Shown piece by piece: positions 10,125-19,507 of a DNA stretch of 64,000 nucleotides. Where the stretch lies: NCBI GenBank assembly GCA_045863335.1, contig BTVY01000001.1, positions 168,671-232,670 of the forward strand, given 5' to 3'. This stretch comes from Candidatus Hydrogenedentota bacterium. Its GTDB lineage: Bacteria; Hydrogenedentota; Hydrogenedentia; Hydrogenedentales; SLHB01. Position 1 is the first letter of the stretch, and each line of letters starts with the position of its first letter. The notes under the pieces were generated by a model that saw only the letters and a list, made by a program, of their open reading frames with translations, was not told the DNA's origin and searched no databases. The translations under genes were made by a program, and so were the position numbers.

Positions 10125-11939
10125 GTGAGTAACACCGATTCGAAATCTCTGACTGCCCTTCTCGCCCGCGTTCTTCGCGTCTGGCTGAGCCACCCGCAAC
10201 TCCCGTGGATGCTCACCGCACTGGCGATGCTCCTGGCCTTGCCGAGCCTGTGGGTCGGCTGGCAGTTGGACGACCACTGGCACCGCATGATGATTCGGGG
10301 CTGGCCGGGGTACCCCGGGCTCTATCAGACCTTCTGGGATCAGTTTACCTTCGGCGACGGCGACCCGGAGCGCACGCAGCGCTTTCTCGACTACGGGTTC
10401 TTCCCCTGGTGGCATGAGTTGGAGTCGTGCACGTTGCCGTGGCGTCCCATTGGGACCGTGACCCATTGGTTCGATTATGTCGTTTGGCCACAGTCGCCGT
10501 TTCTGATGCACGTCCACTCTCTGCTCTGGTTCGGCGCGATGGTCGCCGTCGCGGCAATTCTGTATCGTCGGTTGATGACACCCGTTTGGGTAGCGGGCGC
10601 GGCGGCGCTGATGTTCGCCTTCGACGATGCCCACGGCTGGGCAGTTGGCTGGCTGGCGAACCGTAATGCAATCAACTCCGCGTTCTTCGGCATCCTGACG
10701 TTGATTGCGCATGACCAATGGCGCCGGGATAGATCGCCGTGGGCTGCGTTCCTGGCGCCAATCTGGTTCGTACTCGCCATGCTATCTGCCGAAGCGTCGC
10801 TCGCGGTGTGCGCGTATCTCTTCGCCTATGCGGTCTTTCTGGAACCCACGTTTCGTCAAAGCGAGATCGACACCAAGCCCCTAACGAGCCGCGTCTTCGC
10901 GGTCGGAGCACTTGCACCGTATTTCGCCGTCGCGGCGCTTTGGCAGGTGCTCTACAAGACGCTCGGGTTCGGCGCGTGGGGTCTGGGGCTGTACATCGAT
11001 CCCGGGCGCGACCCGGTGCGATTCCTCGGGGCGGTCGTCGAGCGCGGACCGTACCTGCTATTGGGCCAATGGGCATTTCCGCCTTCCGACATCTATGTGT
11101 GGCTATCGGAGTCCGGACAGCGCGGAATGTGGTTCGCGGCGGTGCTGTCGCTCGCGGTGCTCACAATCGTTATGGTTCCGCGTCTTTGGCGTAGCGCATC
11201 GGGGCGCTTCTGGTTCGTAGGGATGACTGGCGCCTTGATACCCGTGTGTTCGACCCTGCCACAAGACCGGCTCTTATTCTTCATCGGGCTGGGTGCGTTC
11301 CCCCTCATTGCCGAGTTCTTCGCGAGCGTCTTCGATTCCGCCCGCAAGAGCCGGAAGATCACCGTCGCGATTGCCCTGTTGCTCGTCGTCATTCACGGAC
11401 CCATGGCGGCAATTGCGTTGCCGGTTCGCGCCTACAGCCCGACCATCATGCAACAGGTAGTCGACTGCATCCGGACCGCGCCGCTGGGCGACGAGGTCGC
11501 AGACCAGACGGTGGTGATCGTGAACGCCCCCTCCCACTTCTATGCCATGTATCTTCCGGTCATCCGCACGCTGGATGGCGAAACGCCTCCCAAGCGCGTG
11601 CGAAGCCTCGGGCCCAACCCGGAGTCCTTCGGGTTCGAAGCGGTGCCCATGAAAATCGAGCGTATCGATGATCGCACGTTGCGCATCACGCCCGAGGGCG
11701 GTTACGAAGCACGGCCCGTTCTGCGCGATCCGGGCAACCCGTTGGAGCTGGGCGATGAGATTAGCGTTGAAGGCATGACCGTGAGGATTACCGGTATGAC
11801 GCTGCGGGGCAATGCGGGTGAAGCAACGTTTCGCTTTGACGTGCCGCTGGATGATCCTTCATTGCGTTGGCTGCAATGGACGGACAATACGCTTGTTCCA
11901 TTCGAACCGCCCGAGGTCGGCGAATCGGTGGAACTTTGA
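10125..11939 (+). CDS. Polytopic membrane protein, GT-C (PMT/TMTC-like) superfamily candidate
   Basis: About 10-12 hydrophobic segments; DD after TM1 (LDDHWH), WRPI, FAFDDAH, WLANRN, LSAE; soluble C-terminal domain; paralog at 46461-48326. Confidence 0.6.
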   Translation: MSNTDSKSLTALLARVLRVWLSHPQLPWMLTALAMLLALPSLWVGWQLDDHWHRMMIRGWPGYPGLYQTFWDQFTFGDGDPERTQRFLDYGFFPWWHELESCTLPWRPIGTVTHWFDYVVWPQSPFLMHVHSLLWFGAMVAVAAILYRRLMTPVWVAGAAALMFAFDDAHGWAVGWLANRNAINSAFFGILTLIAHDQWRRDRSPWAAFLAPIWFVLAMLSAEASLAVCAYLFAYAVFLEPTFRQSEIDTKPLTSRVFAVGALAPYFAVAALWQVLYKTLGFGAWGLGLYIDPGRDPVRFLGAVVERGPYLLLGQWAFPPSDIYVWLSESGQRGMWFAAVLSLAVLTIVMVPRLWRSASGRFWFVGMTGALIPVCSTLPQDRLLFFIGLGAFPLIAEFFASVFDSARKSRKITVAIALLLVVIHGPMAAIALPVRAYSPTIMQQVVDCIRTAPLGDEVADQTVVIVNAPSHFYAMYLPVIRTLDGETPPKRVRSLGPNPESFGFEAVPMKIERIDDRTLRITPEGGYEARPVLRDPGNPLELGDEISVEGMTVRITGMTLRGNAGEATFRFDVPLDDPSLRWLQWTDNTLVPFEPPEVGESVEL

Positions 11940-11943
11940 TTGT

Positions 11944-13323
11944 CTACAATTCGTAGGGTACTCCCTCTTTCTGGATGGACACGTTCGTCTGGCCGCGTTC
12001 CTCCAGGCCGCTCTTCAGCGCTTCCAGCGCTTCCGTTTCGCCGTGTACAAGCAGGACCTGTTTCGCACAATCCTTGAAGCGCGACGCGAAATCGAGGAGT
12101 TCCGCGCGGCCCGCGTGGGCGCTGAAGCCGTTGAGCACGCGCACGTCGGCATTGAGAGCGCGCTTCACGCCAAAGATTTTGATCTCCTTCTCGCGTTCCA
12201 CGATGCGGCGGCCGAGGGTATTCTTGGCCTGGAATCCGACGATGAGAATCGTGTTCCGCTCATCGCTGCAGTGGTTGCGAAGATGGTGCAGGATGCGCCC
12301 CTGCTCGCACATGCCCGACGCCGAAATGATGATCGCAGGCTCTTTCAGCGTATTGAGCTTCATGGAATCTTCGGCACGGCGGATGTAGTGAATGTTGTCG
12401 AGCATGAAGGGATCGCCTTCGGTCGTCATGAAGGCGCGCATTTCGTCATCAAAGCTGTCGGTGTGGAGCCGGAACACTTCCGTGATATTTACCGTCATGG
12501 GACTGTCAACATATACGGGCAGTTTGGGCAGGCCATTGTTGGCTTCCAGCCGCTTCAGGGCGTACACCACTTCCTGGGCCCGTTCGAGCGCAAAACTCGG
12601 GATGATGATCTTGCCCTTGCGATTGTAAGTTTCGCGGACAATCTCCTTGAGCTTGTGGTCCATCTCCTGTATGGGATCGTGATCGCGATTGCCATAGGTG
12701 CTCTCCATTACCACGAGGTCCGCGTCATCGGGCGACCAGGGGTCTTCGAGAATCGGCATGTTCTTCCGGCCCAAATCGCCGCCGTACAGGAAGCGTTTCG
12801 CCGTCCCGTTCTCCGCAAATTCGACAAACGCCATGGCGGATCCCAGCACGTGACCCGCATCGCGAAAAGTCATCTTGACGCCCGGCACGACTTCGATGGG
12901 CAGGTCGTAGGGCACACTTACGAAACGCCTCATGGTCTGCGTGACGTCTTCGTCGTCGTACAGGGGAGCGACGAAGGACCGGTTCTTCTTGGACAACCAT
13001 TCCGCGTCGCGGGCCTGAATATGAGAACTGTCCAGCAGCATAATGCTGCACAGATCGCGCGTGGCGGGAGTGGCATAGATGGGGCCGGCATACCCATGTT
13101 TCACGAGCATGGGTAACACGCCGCTGTGGTCGATATGGGCGTGGCTCAGGACGACCGAGTCGATCGTCTTCGGGTCGAACGGCAGTTCCCGATTGCGATG
13201 CTCCGATTCCTTCCGCGATCCCTGGAACATGCCGCAGTCGAATAGAATGCGCTTCCCATTGATTTCAACGAGATGTTTGCTGCCCGTAACCGTTTCGGCC
13301 GCGCCGTACGAAGTAATGCGCAT
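11944..13323 (-). CDS. MBL-fold beta-CASP metallo-hydrolase (RNA-processing nuclease family)
   Basis: GAAETVTGS, SHAHIDHSG, AGHVLGS, MESTYG, ASGMCEQGRI, FSAHAG, VHGE. Confidence 0.92.
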   Translation of the reverse strand: MRITSYGAAETVTGSKHLVEINGKRILFDCGMFQGSRKESEHRNRELPFDPKTIDSVVLSHAHIDHSGVLPMLVKHGYAGPIYATPATRDLCSIMLLDSSHIQARDAEWLSKKNRSFVAPLYDDEDVTQTMRRFVSVPYDLPIEVVPGVKMTFRDAGHVLGSAMAFVEFAENGTAKRFLYGGDLGRKNMPILEDPWSPDDADLVVMESTYGNRDHDPIQEMDHKLKEIVRETYNRKGKIIIPSFALERAQEVVYALKRLEANNGLPKLPVYVDSPMTVNITEVFRLHTDSFDDEMRAFMTTEGDPFMLDNIHYIRRAEDSMKLNTLKEPAIIISASGMCEQGRILHHLRNHCSDERNTILIVGFQAKNTLGRRIVEREKEIKIFGVKRALNADVRVLNGFSAHAGRAELLDFASRFKDCAKQVLLVHGETEALEALKSGLEERGQTNVSIQKEGVPYEL

Positions 13324-13525
13324 AGAAATGCTGGCTCCCTTCCCTGATTCCCGACAAAAAGCAGAGTCACACCGCGTTATGGATGCGTCACAAGGCCGGA
13401 TTCTGCCTAACGTCAAAACAAGAAAGACCATAGCAGGAACCCCGCCGGGTTTGCACGCCGGAGCGCGCTACGCCTATCAGTCCCAAAGCAGAAGCGGCAA
13501 CCTGTCGCTTTCGTTCTTCCCACCC

Positions 13526-13596
13526 CCGTGCTCCCTGTGTCCCCGTGGTTTGGAAGGTCTTCGTTTCATTTGACCACGAGGGCACGGGGAGCACGG
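13526..13596. repeat. 24-bp imperfect inverted repeat (REP-like)
   Basis: ccgtgctccctgtgtccccgtggt (13526-13549) vs accacgagggcacggggagcacgg (13573-13596), 3 mismatches. Confidence 0.7.
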
Positions 13597-13650
13597 TGGA
13601 AGAAAAGAGACTCTCAATGGACATTATGGCGAAATGCACTTTGCCGCAAA

Positions 13651-13677
13651 TGAACGCATTGAACGCATTGAACGCAT
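13651..13677. repeat. Tandem 9-mer (TGAACGCAT)x3
   Basis: Three exact copies read directly. Confidence 0.85.
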
Positions 13678-13703
13678 AAACCAACACGCCCTTTTTTGTG
13701 TTC

Positions 13704-14145
13704 TCTGCGTTCCTTCGCGGCCAAAGGAGCATGGGCGTCCCGCCGATGTTTTCTTCATCACGGGCGAGACGCCCGTGCTCCCTCATGCCCCGCGTGCGGT
13801 CTCGCGCACCGATTCTTCCTCCTTGTCAATCTTCACCCTTCAAATTTCTGGATCCCGCCCGGCTCAACCCGAAGACGCCACGCTGGAGCGAGGCGCTCCC
13901 AGTGAAGATCGTCGCGAATACTGGGAGCAAAAAGTCTCCACATTGTGGAGACAATGCACGGCGAACTACGGTTTAGGGGCAGAACGAGACGCGGGTGCAA
14001 CATTGTCTACGCAGCGCGTAGACTTTTCGGCTCCCAAAAATGTGAACGCACTGCGTACACAATTGAGGTGGAGGATATCCGTCTACCTTCACCTTTTTCA
14101 TCTGCGTTCGTTCGCGGCCAAGCTAGCATTGGCGTCTCGCCCGTG
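13704..14145. repeat. 45-bp direct repeat pair containing a REP-like palindrome
   Basis: 13704-13748 and 14101-14145 match at 37/45; an inverted copy of the palindromic half (cacgggcgagacgcccgtgctcc) ends at 13781. Confidence 0.7.
13922..14036. repeat. Inverted repeat whose arms each carry an internal palindrome
   Basis: tgggagcaaaaa-gtctccacattgtggagac-aatg ... catt-gtctacgcagcgcgtagac-ttttcggctccca. Confidence 0.7.
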
Positions 14146-14326
14146 CATCCACAATCCCGGGCAGAAAGCCCCGCCCAGGAAACCCACCGTGCCCAGATCG
14201 AGAAGTCGCCTGACGTTACGGCCTGCCAGTGACAAAGTCGGGAAGTGCAAAGGACAATGAAAACGCATCTACGTGCGCCATTGAGTTCGACCAGTGGCGA
14301 ACCTCCGTCAGCTATTTCGTCTCAAT

Positions 14327-15034
14327 TTAATTGACATTCTTCCCAGTACCACGAATCTTTTTCCACAATTTCGTGAAACTATCCTCCAATGGCGTATCCA
14401 GAATTCGGATCATGCAACACGGGGCTGGGGCATCCCAGTTTCGGACGAGAGCACCACATTTTTCCAATTCCTTCAAGTGGTGCCAGAACACTTGAACCTC
14501 TTGCGCGCAGATGGATCGCCACGTCAAATACCCCTTTAATACGAGGGCAAACGCAATAAATATATATACTAGTGCAATATGGATGATGCTGATTCTGGGC
14601 GCAATTATGGCGACTTCCGAAAACCCCAAATACCATTTGAGTGTTACGTAGATGAACGCAATGAAAGCGGCAGATCCTGCAGACCAGCATGCGATGGTGT
14701 AGTGCCAAGCTCTACGATCATGTTCTTGGAAAGCCTGTGGAAAGCTATTGCCGTAAAACGTACATTCCCAAATCAGGAACGCCTCGTGGTCCGTGATGTT
14801 GTAGTTCTTCCAAAACTCCTTTATCGATCTGATAACGTCTCGGTGACGGGACGCAAATCCGAACCAGGTTTCAAAGGCCAATCGGAACGTCTGATGCCAA
14901 ACGAAACCTACGGTTGGAACCGCGATTGTGCCCAGAATGGCGTTGGAGATTGTTGCTACTTCAGGCTTACCAGTAAGTATATAGGCGGCCACTATGAACA
15001 CGCCGGGAAAAGAGAACCAGATGAGTCGTTCCAT
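14327..15034 (-). CDS. Hypothetical membrane protein (about 4 TM)
   Basis: 235 aa ORF, AGGAGAGG RBS, hydrophobic segments, lower GC. Confidence 0.7.
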   Translation of the reverse strand: MERLIWFSFPGVFIVAAYILTGKPEVATISNAILGTIAVPTVGFVWHQTFRLAFETWFGFASRHRDVIRSIKEFWKNYNITDHEAFLIWECTFYGNSFPQAFQEHDRRAWHYTIACWSAGSAAFIAFIYVTLKWYLGFSEVAIIAPRISIIHIALVYIFIAFALVLKGYLTWRSICAQEVQVFWHHLKELEKCGALVRNWDAPAPCCMIRILDTPLEDSFTKLWKKIRGTGKNVN

Positions 15035-15057
15035 TCCTCGACCTCTCCTTAGTCTCG

Positions 15058-15444
15058 TCAGTCCTTACTTCCGACGAGCCAGCTTACTGAGGCAATGCTA
15101 TAAGAACCCGAGCTTCTCGCCTGCTTAAGCACGGAACCGTTCACGTTGATTTCTACCCCGATCGTTCCACCGTCTCCACTGTTCTGTGCCGAAATATGGG
15201 CATGTTCCCAGCCCTTAAATGTGTATTGGGGACTTGAAAAGGGTATCGAGACTTCGTGCTGCTCTGTGCCGCCACCCGGTGTTGAAATTGTACTGTGCGC
15301 ACCGTGCGCGGTACCAGTAACGCTGTACTTGACCGAGTAGGTTTGAGTTGTGTCCGGCATATCCGCAGTTCCGATCGCGAGCAAAATGAATAACGTCGCG
15401 ACTGCAAACGACACGACCTGTCTACTCGTATTCTCTCGCATCAT
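15058..15444 (-). CDS. Small anchored beta-sandwich protein (MmpS-like)
   Basis: N-terminal hydrophobic helix, then VKYSVTGT...ISAQN...I.VNG pattern; GGAGG RBS. Confidence 0.6.
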   Translation of the reverse strand: MMRENTSRQVVSFAVATLFILLAIGTADMPDTTQTYSVKYSVTGTAHGAHSTISTPGGGTEQHEVSIPFSSPQYTFKGWEHAHISAQNSGDGGTIGVEINVNGSVLKQARSSGSYSIASVSWLVGSKD

Positions 15445-15931
15445 ATTGGCCTCCAGTCTTTTGTTTCTTGACGTTCGGAATTAATAACCCAATGACGATG
15501 ACGACTCCGATGGCTACTAGATCCGCACTGTCATAGACACCGGTGATAACCCTCTGCCGCTGACAGAGTTCCACAACGACCGAAATCACCGGAATACACC
15601 AGAACCAGAAGGATCCAATTCGGCGTTCGGACTGCCACCAAATTGCTTTCATGCAAAGCAAATAGGACAGAACCCAAAGTGCGAATGGTAGTGACAAGAT
15701 AACCCACGCAGGAAGGAATCCAGTAACAATTTGGGCATTGGAACGCAATGCCTCAATCACTTTCATGAGACCAAGCCATTCGATAAATTGGAAAAACAGT
15801 AGTGATGTTGGCCGGAAGAGCACATATATCGATGATCCCAGTAGTAGTGACGCGCCTGAAAAACAAAAAAGATGTATCGGCCCGACGAAATAGCGAGAAT
15901 CACGGCGCAAACGACGTCTCTTTGCCTTCAT
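15422..15931 (-). CDS. Hypothetical membrane protein
   Basis: IYVLFRP, SLPFALW, ELCQ...GVYD motifs; several TM segments; alternative start at 15979. Confidence 0.65.
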   Translation of the reverse strand: MKAKRRRLRRDSRYFVGPIHLFCFSGASLLLGSSIYVLFRPTSLLFFQFIEWLGLMKVIEALRSNAQIVTGFLPAWVILSLPFALWVLSYLLCMKAIWWQSERRIGSFWFWCIPVISVVVELCQRQRVITGVYDSADLVAIGVVIVIGLLIPNVKKQKTGGQYDAREYE

Positions 15932-15968
15932 TGACCGAATCTTTCGCCATGTTGTCTTGCAGTGCGCA

Positions 15969-16757
15969 TTAAAAACCAACTCCGCGCCAGCTCTTGAGTC
16001 GTGACCACAGCAGTACGCCGCCGAATATGACGAAGATTATGCCGGCGGGTAAGGTGGACAGACCCAGGAGTACTATAAGGGCGTAGATTACCCCCAGGCA
16101 GCCGATTTCTTTATGCATGTATGACTTTTGCAGGATCTGGCGACCACAACTGGGGCATGCGATAGCGTCCGCGGAACATGGTTCGCCACAGTCAGGACAT
16201 CGCTGGAGTCTTGTGTTAGTACCATGTGTGTGTAACGGACGCAGCACTTCGACTCGTTGGGGTATTGGCGGTAACGGTTCAATTTCCGTCACGTACGATG
16301 AATCATAGGTTGGAATGATTGGGTAGGTTTTTGCTTGATCGAGCATGTGTCCGCAGTACCGGCATTTCACAGCAGCTCGCTTGATGATTTCGGCGCACAT
16401 TGGGCACACCTTGGTATCGGTCGACGTCTCCAAAGATGTTTCGTCTGGGGGTGAACCGGCGTTCATCTCAGCTTCGGAGCGCAGCGCGATGTTGAGGTTT
16501 CCAATTCCAGGATTGGGTAACGGTGGTGGCTCTGACGGTGGCCGTGTTTGAGTGGATTCGCTGTTAGGCTGGAATTTGTCGTCTTCTATGGGAATTGCGT
16601 CTATCCTCAGAATCCGGTCGATCTCTCTGTACCGTTTTTGCAGCCAGTCCTTAATCTCTTGCGTGAACTCGTTGTTCACTTTCATCTCTCGGTATTGTTT
16701 ACGGATTGCTTGAGCTTCGTTGATAAGCTCTTCACGCTCACTCTTGCTCAGGGCCAT
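15969..16757 (-). CDS. Double zinc-ribbon membrane protein
   Basis: CPMC...CRYC and CPDC...CPSC ribbons, Pro-rich linkers, two C-terminal TMs; start MALSK assumed. Confidence 0.75.
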   Translation of the reverse strand: MALSKSEREELINEAQAIRKQYREMKVNNEFTQEIKDWLQKRYREIDRILRIDAIPIEDDKFQPNSESTQTRPPSEPPPLPNPGIGNLNIALRSEAEMNAGSPPDETSLETSTDTKVCPMCAEIIKRAAVKCRYCGHMLDQAKTYPIIPTYDSSYVTEIEPLPPIPQRVEVLRPLHTHGTNTRLQRCPDCGEPCSADAIACPSCGRQILQKSYMHKEIGCLGVIYALIVLLGLSTLPAGIIFVIFGGVLLWSRLKSWRGVGF

Positions 16758-17104
16758 TGTAGTCACCCCGGTTGTAGGTACGTCCCATCCCAGTGTCCAT
16801 ACTATATCATCAGTGTTTCGGCTACGCAAAAATAGGGGAATTTGGAAAGTGACGGTGAATAGAATTGGCACGACCGGCGGATTGTTGGAACTTCGACGCC
16901 TTCAAACATCTCACTTCTCCTCCCCGCTGCCCGGGCCGCTTCTCGCCCTTGAGTAGCTCCGTGTTCACCTTGCCGCATTTGAGGAAGACGGCGCTGGGGT
17001 AGAGGACGCCAAGGGCGGGGTTCGTGGCTGGCGAAGAGATCGTAGGCGCCAATTGAGCGACGAGGTTGGGAAGCGATAGACTAGCCGTAACGAGGAGGTA
17101 AGCG

Positions 17105-17332
17105 ATGAAGACGCACGTTCTTAGGGGATCAAAGCAGGAAATCGCTGAGAGCCTTGCCCGGATCAGCGGCGAGGTGCGCGAGGCCATCGTGTTCGAAGAG
17201 GAGCCGGCAACGGCGCCTACGCCGACAGGCGGCGATGCAGATCTCTTCGCGGAGATGCGTCCGTTCATGGTTGACGTCCCGGAAGTGGACGACTCGCGTG
17301 ACGCAATCTACACACGGGTGGAAGGCGAATGA
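17105..17332 (+). CDS. Putative antitoxin of a type II TA pair
   Basis: 75 aa, acidic C-terminus ending SRDAIY, GGAGGT RBS, ATGA overlap with the PIN gene. Confidence 0.75.
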   Translation: MKTHVLRGSKQEIAESLARISGEVREAIVFEEEPATAPTPTGGDADLFAEMRPFMVDVPEVDDSRDAIYTRVEGE

Positions 17333-17775
17333 TCCTGCTGGACACGAACCTGCTCACCCGTGTGACCAGGTCGCAGGAGGCGGAGTCGGACGTGGCTCGT
17401 GCGGCCATTCAGAAGCTCGCCGGGCGAGGCGAACGGCTCATACTCGTTCCGCAGAACCTTTACGAATTCTGGGCGGTGGCGACGCGACCACCGGGACCGC
17501 CCCCCGGAGGTGCCAATGGCTTGGGAATGGCACCGTCACAAGCCGGACTCTGGCTGCGCTTCTTCCAGCGACGATTCACCATGCTTCCTGACCGCGAGGA
17601 ACTCACTACCCTTTGGCAATCGCTGGTTGAGGATCACTGCATCACGGGCTTTCGCGCCCACGATGCCCGTCTGGTGGCGGCCATGCAAAGTTACGGGATC
17701 ACTCGCCTGCTTACGTTCAATGCAGCTCACTTCCGAGCCCTGCCGGTCACGATTCTCGATCCTGCCACACTCTGA
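17329..17775 (+). CDS. vapC: PIN-domain (VapC-like) toxin
   Basis: MILLDTNLL, YEFWAVATRP, HDARLVA, LLTFN. Confidence 0.85.
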   Translation: MILLDTNLLTRVTRSQEAESDVARAAIQKLAGRGERLILVPQNLYEFWAVATRPPGPPPGGANGLGMAPSQAGLWLRFFQRRFTMLPDREELTTLWQSLVEDHCITGFRAHDARLVAAMQSYGITRLLTFNAAHFRALPVTILDPATL

Positions 17776-17839
17776 GGAAATCCTGCCATATCCTCGCGGC
17801 ATTGGAGCTACGCGGGAGAATTGCCGGAAGAAAAGTCAG

Positions 17840-19507
17840 TTAGCCACCGTGCGTCTTCAGCATTTCGGCGGCGTGCTGCACGCTCACTTCTGACAGCGAT
17901 CCATCCAACAGGCGTGCCAGCTCGTTGACGCGGGCATCGGCATCGACGGCGACGGCGGTTGTCGACGTGCGTCCTTTGGAGGTGGACTTGGCGACGTGCA
18001 GATGGCGGTGGGCGGCGGCGGCGATCTGCGGCAGGTGCGTGATGCAGATGGTCTGATGGGACTGGGCAAGTTCGCGCAATCGCGTCGCCACTTTGTTTGC
18101 CACCGCTCCGCCGACCCCGGCGTCGATCTCGTCGAAGATGAGCGTCGGTATCTTGTCGGCAGAAGCGAAGACCGTCTTGATCCCCAGCATAACGCGCGAG
18201 ATTTCGCCGCCGGACGCGACCTGCCGGAGCGGCTTGGGGCTTTCCCCGGGATTTGCCGCGAGCAAGAACTCGACCCGGTCGGCGCCGGTGCGGGTGAGTT
18301 CTACGGTTTCGAAGCGTGTTTGGAAGGTCCCGCCTTTCATGCCGAGTTCCTGGAGCGCGGCCGAGACCTTCTTATCCAGTTTGGCCGCCGCAGCCTGGCG
18401 TTTCCCGGACAACTCGCGCGCCGCGGCTTCGGCCTCTTTCGCCAATTTTCGGCATTGCGCCTGTAAGTCCGCGATGGACTTGTCACGCTGGTCGAAGCGC
18501 TCGACTTCCGCGACCGCGCGGTCGCGATACTCCAAGATAGCATCGATGGAATCGCCGAACTTCCGCTTCAGATTTCCGATAAGACTGATGCGCTGATTGA
18601 GCGACTCGAGTTCCTGGGGATCGAACTCGAGTTCTTGCGTATGGCGGCGCAGTTCCGTGCAAAAGTCGTCCAGCGTGGCCCGAATCGCGCCAAGTTGCTC
18701 CGACAAGGGCCGGAACTGTTCGTCCACTTCGCCCAACTGGTCGAGTGCCGTGAGGGCCGCGTCCACGGAGTCGATGGCCGCTTGACCTTCACCTTCGTAG
18801 AGCGCCGTGTAGGCTGTGCTGGTCAGTTCGACGACCTTTTCCGCGTTGGTAATGAGATTGCGACGGGCTTTGACCTCGTCTTCTTCGCCCGGCTCAAGAT
18901 TCGCCGCATTGATTTCGGACACCTCGAACCGCAGGAACTCGACGCGGCGCGCGCGTTCCCGATCGTCGGATTCCAAGGCCGCCAATTCCTGTTGCAGGCG
19001 GCGCAGTTCCGTTACCTGCTCGCCGACGTTCGCGGCATCGGATTCTGTTCCACCGAAGGCGTCCAGCAGGTCCAGTTGACGGTCGGCTTTCAGCAGGGAT
19101 TGGTGGTCGTGTTGTCCGTGCAGATCGACCAGCTCGTCGCCGATTCGGGAGAGCACCGTGATGGGGACGATAGAATCCCCTGCGTACGCGCGGCTACGCC
19201 CGTCTGATCCCACCACGCGAGAGAGATGGAGTTGGCCGTCTTCCAGCTCGATCTCGTGCTCATCGAGGATATCCTTGAGCCGCCGCGGTATCCGTTGCAG
19301 GGAGAAAACCGCGTGGATCTTGGCGCGTTTCGCCCCGGAGCGAACCGTTTCGTTTGACGCGCGTGCTCCCAGCACAAGGTTAAGCGCGCCGACGATAATG
19401 GATTTTCCTGCGCCAGTTTCGCCGGTGAGCACGTTGAACCCGGGCCGAAACTCGACCTCGAGAGAGTCGATGAGCGCGTAGTTCTCAATCCGAAGGACTT
19501 CAAGCAT
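17840..19507 (-). CDS. recN: DNA repair protein RecN
   Basis: TGETGAGKS Walker A, HGQHDHQ, ASGGEISR, FDEIDAGVGG, ITHLPQIAA. Confidence 0.97.
   Translation of the reverse strand: MLEVLRIENYALIDSLEVEFRPGFNVLTGETGAGKSIIVGALNLVLGARASNETVRSGAKRAKIHAVFSLQRIPRRLKDILDEHEIELEDGQLHLSRVVGSDGRSRAYAGDSIVPITVLSRIGDELVDLHGQHDHQSLLKADRQLDLLDAFGGTESDAANVGEQVTELRRLQQELAALESDDRERARRVEFLRFEVSEINAANLEPGEEDEVKARRNLITNAEKVVELTSTAYTALYEGEGQAAIDSVDAALTALDQLGEVDEQFRPLSEQLGAIRATLDDFCTELRRHTQELEFDPQELESLNQRISLIGNLKRKFGDSIDAILEYRDRAVAEVERFDQRDKSIADLQAQCRKLAKEAEAAARELSGKRQAAAAKLDKKVSAALQELGMKGGTFQTRFETVELTRTGADRVEFLLAANPGESPKPLRQVASGGEISRVMLGIKTVFASADKIPTLIFDEIDAGVGGAVANKVATRLRELAQSHQTICITHLPQIAAAAHRHLHVAKSTSKGRTSTTAVAVDADARVNELARLLDGSLSEVSVQHAAEMLKTHGG

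Noticed and set aside
13651-14145. Possible CRISPR array
   Set aside because: Only two 45-bp copies about 400 bp apart plus contiguous 9-mers; no regular repeat-spacer period and no cas genes.
13634-14260. 208-aa ORF across the repeat-rich spacer
   Set aside because: The translation mirrors the DNA repeats (ERIERIERI), with no RBS or protein motif.
16822-17070. Minus-strand protein-like fragment (LGVLYPSAVFLKCGKVNTELLKGEKR)
   Set aside because: May be a gene remnant at the islet edge, but I cannot assign a family or a start; its ORF overlaps the antitoxin antisense.
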